Shown piece by piece: positions 59,935 to 64,000 of a stretch of 64,000 nucleotides of DNA. Under the pieces are notes generated by a model. That model was not told where the DNA came from, made no database searches, and saw only the letters and a program-made list of their open reading frames with translations. Location of the stretch: contig CACBFA010000001.1 in NCBI GenBank assembly GCA_902538525.1, positions 60,250-124,249 of the forward strand, given 5' to 3'. Source of the DNA: an uncultured Pelagibacteraceae bacterium (GTDB lineage: Bacteria; Pseudomonadota; Alphaproteobacteria; Pelagibacterales; Pelagibacteraceae). Numbering within the stretch: position 1 is the stretch's first letter; each line of letters starts with the position of its first letter. The translations under genes and the position numbers were made by a program.

Positions 59935-60039
59935 TTTGTAAACTTTGTAAATTATTATTTACAAAAAATTTATTGTATTTACTTATCTTTTAACATTTTT
60001 TGTTGATTTAGTAAATATTGTAAATTATTAAGTTTACAT
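59935..60039. promoter_or_regulatory. Putative ScfR/RamB operator array in the divergent promoter
   Basis: TTTGTAAA at 59935 and 59944, inverted TTTACAAA at 59958, 13-bp direct repeat TTGTAAATTATTA at 59945 and 60018; resembles the TTTGCAAA box of RamB/PrpR/PccR. Confidence 0.6.
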
Positions 60040-60199
60040 GGACAAAAATACAATAAAAAACATTGAAACTAGTTCTCAAACCACAAATCACCAAGAGCAT
60101 CAAGAGCATAGAAGCAGAGGGGTTTATTTAAGAGATGACCACTGCGATTGGGGGTCAAGTGGAATGAATGAGTTTACTGAAGAATATAGCGAAAAGTAA
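60038..60199 (+). CDS. Small 53-aa hypothetical protein upstream of aceA (not in the ORF track)
   Basis: MDKNTIKNIETSSQTTNHQEHQEHRSRGVYLRDDHCDWGSSGMNEFTEEYSEK*; fills the longest apparent intergenic gap; higher GC than flanks. Confidence 0.65.
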   Translation: MDKNTIKNIETSSQTTNHQEHQEHRSRGVYLRDDHCDWGSSGMNEFTEEYSEK

Positions 60200-60225
60200 A
60201 AAGAATTAGTTTTTAAGGAGGAATA

Positions 60226-61500
60226 ATGTCAGCCGAGAAAATCTCGTACGAGTTGAAAAGATTCGCAGGTATACAAAGGGATTATAAGCCAGAAGAAGTA
60301 GAAAGGTTAAGAGGATCCATTAAAATTGAGTATTCAATGTGTAAACAGCAATCTCAAAAGCTCTGGAGATTGTTAAATACAGAGCCATATGTAAACACAC
60401 TTGGGTCTTTGTCGGGAAATCAAGCCGTTCAACACGCAAAAGCCGGTTTAAAAGCTATCTATTTAAGTGGTTGGCAAGTTGCAGCAGACGCAAATAGTGC
60501 TGGTGAAATGTATCCTGATCAATCTTTATATCCTTACGACAGCGCACCTAAATTAGTTGATTCTATGAATAATTCTTTAATTAGAGCTGATCAAATTCAG
60601 CATATGGAAATAGCTGATGGAGATATGAAAAGCAGCGAAAGAACTGATTACATGTTGCCAATTATTGCAGATGGCGAAGCAGGATTTGGTGGGCCGTTAA
60701 ATGTATTTGAGCTAACAAAAAAATTTATAAAAGCTGGCGCAGCCGGAGTTCATTTTGAAGACCAACTAGCTAGTGAAAAAAAATGTGGACATATGGGTGG
60801 TAAGGTACTTGTTCCTACTGGAACCATGGTCCGAAATCTAAAAGCAGCAAGATTGGCAGCTGATATTGCCGACGTTCCTCTCATTATTCTTGCAAGAACA
60901 GATGCCAACGCTGCGAAACTAATAACAAACGATTTTGATGAAAATGACAAACCGTTTTTAACAGGAGAAAGATCACCTGAAGGCTTTTATTATGTAAAAG
61001 ATGGTATTGATCAAGCAATCTCAAGAGGGTTAGCCTATGCACCTTACGCAGATTTAATATGGTGTGAAACTGCAACACCTAATTTAGAAGAAGCAAAAAA
61101 GTTTGCTGATGCAATACATGCAAAATTTCCTGGCAAGATGTTAGCTTATAACTGTTCTCCATCATTTAATTGGAAGAAACATTTATCTGATGATGAGATT
61201 GCAACATTTCAAACTAAAATTGGAATGATGGGGTATAAATTTCAATTTATAACTTTAGCAGGTTTCCATACGCAAAATATTGCTATTTTCGAGCTTGCAG
61301 AAAAGTATAAAAAGGAAGGTATGACTGCTTACTCTAGAATACAACAAAATGAATTTGCTAGAGAAAAAGACGGATATACCAGTGTTAAACATCAACGAGA
61401 AGTTGGCACTTCTTATTTTGATGCAGTTTCCAATACAATAAGTTCTGGAAAGAGCTCGACAACAGCAATGGAAGGCTCGACAGAATCTGAGCAATTTTAA
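60226..61500 (+). CDS. aceA: Isocitrate lyase
   Basis: [51 protein letters not shown]; SD AAGGAGG. Confidence 0.99.
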   Translation: MSAEKISYELKRFAGIQRDYKPEEVERLRGSIKIEYSMCKQQSQKLWRLLNTEPYVNTLGSLSGNQAVQHAKAGLKAIYLSGWQVAADANSAGEMYPDQSLYPYDSAPKLVDSMNNSLIRADQIQHMEIADGDMKSSERTDYMLPIIADGEAGFGGPLNVFELTKKFIKAGAAGVHFEDQLASEKKCGHMGGKVLVPTGTMVRNLKAARLAADIADVPLIILARTDANAAKLITNDFDENDKPFLTGERSPEGFYYVKDGIDQAISRGLAYAPYADLIWCETATPNLEEAKKFADAIHAKFPGKMLAYNCSPSFNWKKHLSDDEIATFQTKIGMMGYKFQFITLAGFHTQNIAIFELAEKYKKEGMTAYSRIQQNEFAREKDGYTSVKHQREVGTSYFDAVSNTISSGKSSTTAMEGSTESEQF

Positions 61501-62216
61501 TTACTCTTTAGCTTTTGGATTTGATCCCAGGCTGAATTTATAGCTCTCATTTTCTTTTTACTTTCCTCAATAACTTCCTGAGGAACTCCTTTACTTAGAA
61601 GTAAGTCAGGATGATGTTCTTTACTTAATTTTAAATATCTTTTTCTAATATCTGTAAGATTATCATCAGGTTTGCTCTCTAATACCACATATGGATTGAG
61701 TTTATCTGATGATTTTCTACCCTCAACTATTCCATTGAACTGAGCATCACTAAGACCAAATAATTGGGAAACATGTTGTATCATTCTAAATTCTTGATCA
61801 CTTATATTTCCATCAGCTTCTGCAATATAAAATAATATATTAATGACTTCTTCCAACACGTTTATATTTCCTTGATAGATCTGAGCTATTTGTTTTGCAT
61901 ATGGTTCGTAACCAGTGCTTTCTTCTTTAGCTTTATTAAAAATTTTTCCAACTTGATCTAACTCATGTTCTGGAATTTTGAGTTTATCTTTTACCGCTAT
62001 TAATTCCTCTCTACTAACCTGACCGTCTGCTTTACTCAGTTTAGCTGATAATACTATAAGAGCTAATGCAAAAACTTGTTGAGGTTGTGCAAAAGATTTA
62101 AATGTTGATCTTGATCTTGATACTTTTCCACCAATTAAGGAACCCAATAGCATCCCAAACGGTCCTCCTAAAGAAAAACCGATCATCCCACCAATTAAAC
62201 TTCCCCAGATAGACAT
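61497..62216 (-). CDS. djlA: DjlA-like co-chaperone (TerB-like + J domain)
   Basis: Gly-rich N-terminal [20 protein letters not shown] domain HHPD. Confidence 0.85.
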   Translation of the reverse strand: MSIWGSLIGGMIGFSLGGPFGMLLGSLIGGKVSRSRSTFKSFAQPQQVFALALIVLSAKLSKADGQVSREELIAVKDKLKIPEHELDQVGKIFNKAKEESTGYEPYAKQIAQIYQGNINVLEEVINILFYIAEADGNISDQEFRMIQHVSQLFGLSDAQFNGIVEGRKSSDKLNPYVVLESKPDDNLTDIRKRYLKLSKEHHPDLLLSKGVPQEVIEESKKKMRAINSAWDQIQKLKSN

Positions 62217-62248
62217 ATAAAAAAAATTTAATATAATTTAATATATTT

Positions 62249-62542
62249 ATGTTCTCAACTTTTTTAGCTTTAACATTTTTATTTTTAATGTTTATGTGGT
62301 CATTGGCCTGGGTAAATTATTACAATAAACTAGATAAAAGATTTGGTTCGTCTTTATGGAGATGGAGTTATGATTATCCAGTGCCAGGTGATAGAGACAT
62401 TTCTTTTCTTGATGATAAAAAATTTGTTATTTTAAGAAGAAAGAGAAATAGAGCAGTTACAGTTATGTATTTTATTTTATTTTTCTCTTTTTTTATATTT
62501 TTATCTTTTGTAACCCAGATTTTATACGCTATTCAACATTAG
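62249..62542 (+). CDS. Hypothetical two-TM membrane protein
   Basis: 97 aa, hydrophobic ends flanking a charged/aromatic loop; fills the gap exactly. Confidence 0.65.
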   Translation: MFSTFLALTFLFLMFMWSLAWVNYYNKLDKRFGSSLWRWSYDYPVPGDRDISFLDDKKFVILRRKRNRAVTVMYFILFFSFFIFLSFVTQILYAIQH

Positions 62543-62883
62543 TTTAGTTGGTGTTTGTTTTTTAAATACAAAAAGAACGCTACAATTTCATATCCAACAT
62601 AAAATAACTGGTAAATGACAGGGAGTTTAAAAAATTTATAAAGAAACTTGTATTTTGGAATACTTTTCCAAATAAGTAAAAAAGCATCAATACCCACATA
62701 GATTTTTCCATCCTGTTCTACATGAAGTCTTCTTAGAAGCTCTTTATCAGTTTTTTTTGTTTCTAATTCAGCATTTTTATTTTTAGTTATGTCTATCCAA
62801 TTCAAATTTTCTATGTTTTCTTTTTTATAAATATTAATTTCTGCTCTGCAGATTTTGCATGAATTGTTAAAAAAAACCTTCAT
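62539..62883 (-). CDS. DCC1-like thiol-disulfide oxidoreductase (DUF393)
   Basis: VFFNNSCKIC (DxxCxxC-like), LHV...G.DAF..IW. Confidence 0.85.
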   Translation of the reverse strand: MKVFFNNSCKICRAEINIYKKENIENLNWIDITKNKNAELETKKTDKELLRRLHVEQDGKIYVGIDAFLLIWKSIPKYKFLYKFFKLPVIYQLFYVGYEIVAFFLYLKNKHQLN

Positions 62884-62968
62884 AATTAAACTATATTTGA
62901 ATATTTTATTTTTACAAATGTGCCAAATAAGCAGTTGATATATTAATAATCACTACTACATTCTTCGA

Positions 62969-64000
62969 ATGTCAAATTTCTTCAAAGAAACAGATATAGA
63001 TACATCACAAGCTGAAGCAATTGTTACTGAAACCTTAAAAAATTGTGATGACGGAGAATTATATTTAGAAAATCATAAATCTGAGTCTATTGTTTTAGAT
63101 GATAATAAAATAAAGAGTTCAACTTATAACTCTGATCAAGGATATGGGTTCAGAGCTGTGACAGGCGAAGTTGTTGCATACTCTCATTCTAATGATATTT
63201 CAAAAGAGTCACTAAGAAAATCAAGCGATAATTTAAAAGATACGTTAAAGTCAAAAAAAGGAACCTACAACCATGAAATTCCTAAAACTAACAGCAAATA
63301 TTACGAAAATATTAATCCTATTGAAAGCAAGACTTTCGCGTCAAAGATAGATTTGCTGAAAAGTGTTAATAACTATTTAAGATCAAAAGGCTCAATTGTA
63401 AATCAAGTAACTGCAAATTTTTTAGGTGAACATAAATCAATAGAAATTATTAGGTCTGATAATCAAGTTTTGAAAGATGATAGACCATTAGTCAGATTCA
63501 ACGTTTCCGTTGTTTTAGAAAAAGATGGAAAAAAAGAAACAGGTGTTTATGGAGTTGGAGGAAGACAAAGTTATGATGATTATCTAAAAGATGGAAGCTG
63601 GAAAGATGTTTGTGATGAAGCTTTTAGAATCGCAAATGTCAATTTAGAAAGCAAACCAGCGCCAGCAGGAGAAATGAAAGTAGTTTTAGGTCCTGGATGG
63701 CCAGCAATTTTAATTCACGAAGCAATCGGACATGGTCTTGAGGGAGATTTTAATAGAAAAAAAACTTCAGCATTTCATAGTTTAATGGGGCAGCAAGTAG
63801 CTAGCGAAGGAGTTACGATTGTTGATGACGGGACCTTACATCAAAGAAGAGGAAGTTTAACGATAGATGATGAAGGAACGCCTACTGAAAATACAGTTTT
63901 AATAGAAAATGGAATTTTAAAAAACTATATGCAAGACCGTTTAAACGCTCGTCTGATGGGAACTAAGTCAACAGGTAGTGGAAGAAGAGAAAGTTATAAG
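62969..64000 (+). CDS. tldD: Metalloprotease TldD (3'-truncated by window edge)
   Basis: MSNFFKETD...DDGELYLE...DDRPLVRFNV...GPGWPAILIHEAIGHGLEGDFNRKKTSAF, DDEGTP; open to window end. Confidence 0.96.
   Translation, partial: MSNFFKETDIDTSQAEAIVTETLKNCDDGELYLENHKSESIVLDDNKIKSSTYNSDQGYGFRAVTGEVVAYSHSNDISKESLRKSSDNLKDTLKSKKGTYNHEIPKTNSKYYENINPIESKTFASKIDLLKSVNNYLRSKGSIVNQVTANFLGEHKSIEIIRSDNQVLKDDRPLVRFNVSVVLEKDGKKETGVYGVGGRQSYDDYLKDGSWKDVCDEAFRIANVNLESKPAPAGEMKVVLGPGWPAILIHEAIGHGLEGDFNRKKTSAFHSLMGQQVASEGVTIVDDGTLHQRRGSLTIDDEGTPTENTVLIENGILKNYMQDRLNARLMGTKSTGSGRRESYK

Overview
A very AT-rich (roughly 28-30% GC by eye), densely packed core-chromosome segment. Gene content, 0-30 bp spacers, overlapping stop/start codons and Lys/Ile/Asn-rich proteins point to a streamlined marine alphaproteobacterium, most likely Pelagibacterales (SAR11); the taxonomic call is an inference. 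It runs from the 3' part of atpD-atpC through rppH, ctpA, rsfS, nadD, proAB, obgE, rpmA, rplU, gloB, metWX (with a SAM-II riboswitch), hisC-tyrC, nlpC-ampG-trkH, lysS-pyrD and rpmB-yhhQ. Next come a four-gene polyamine operon, regA, bioY, polA, chvIG, ahcY-tsaE-amgK-murU, gpmA, the ATP synthase zeta inhibitor, an RND pump, sseA-msrA and alkA. The last part holds a purine salvage/ABC locus, a small heat-shock gene (RpoH promoter and ROSE-like thermometer), ptrB, cfa, an ScfR/RamB regulator with aceA, djlA and the 5' part of tldD. I saw no rRNA, tRNA, CRISPR array, prophage or IS element. The strongest leads are: (1) a SAM-II aptamer with no SD, followed by U9, an anti-aptamer and a 13-codon uORF coupled to metX; (2) a decarboxylase / deoxyhypusine-synthase-like / aguB / aguA operon suggesting a variant homospermidine route; (3) an RND adaptor lacking the TolC-docking alpha-hairpin; (4) an unlisted 53-aa His/Asp/Cys peptide between the Fe-S-type regulator and aceA; (5) identical RpoH-type boxes ahead of regA and hsp20. 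All calls come from motif reading alone; no database searches were run.
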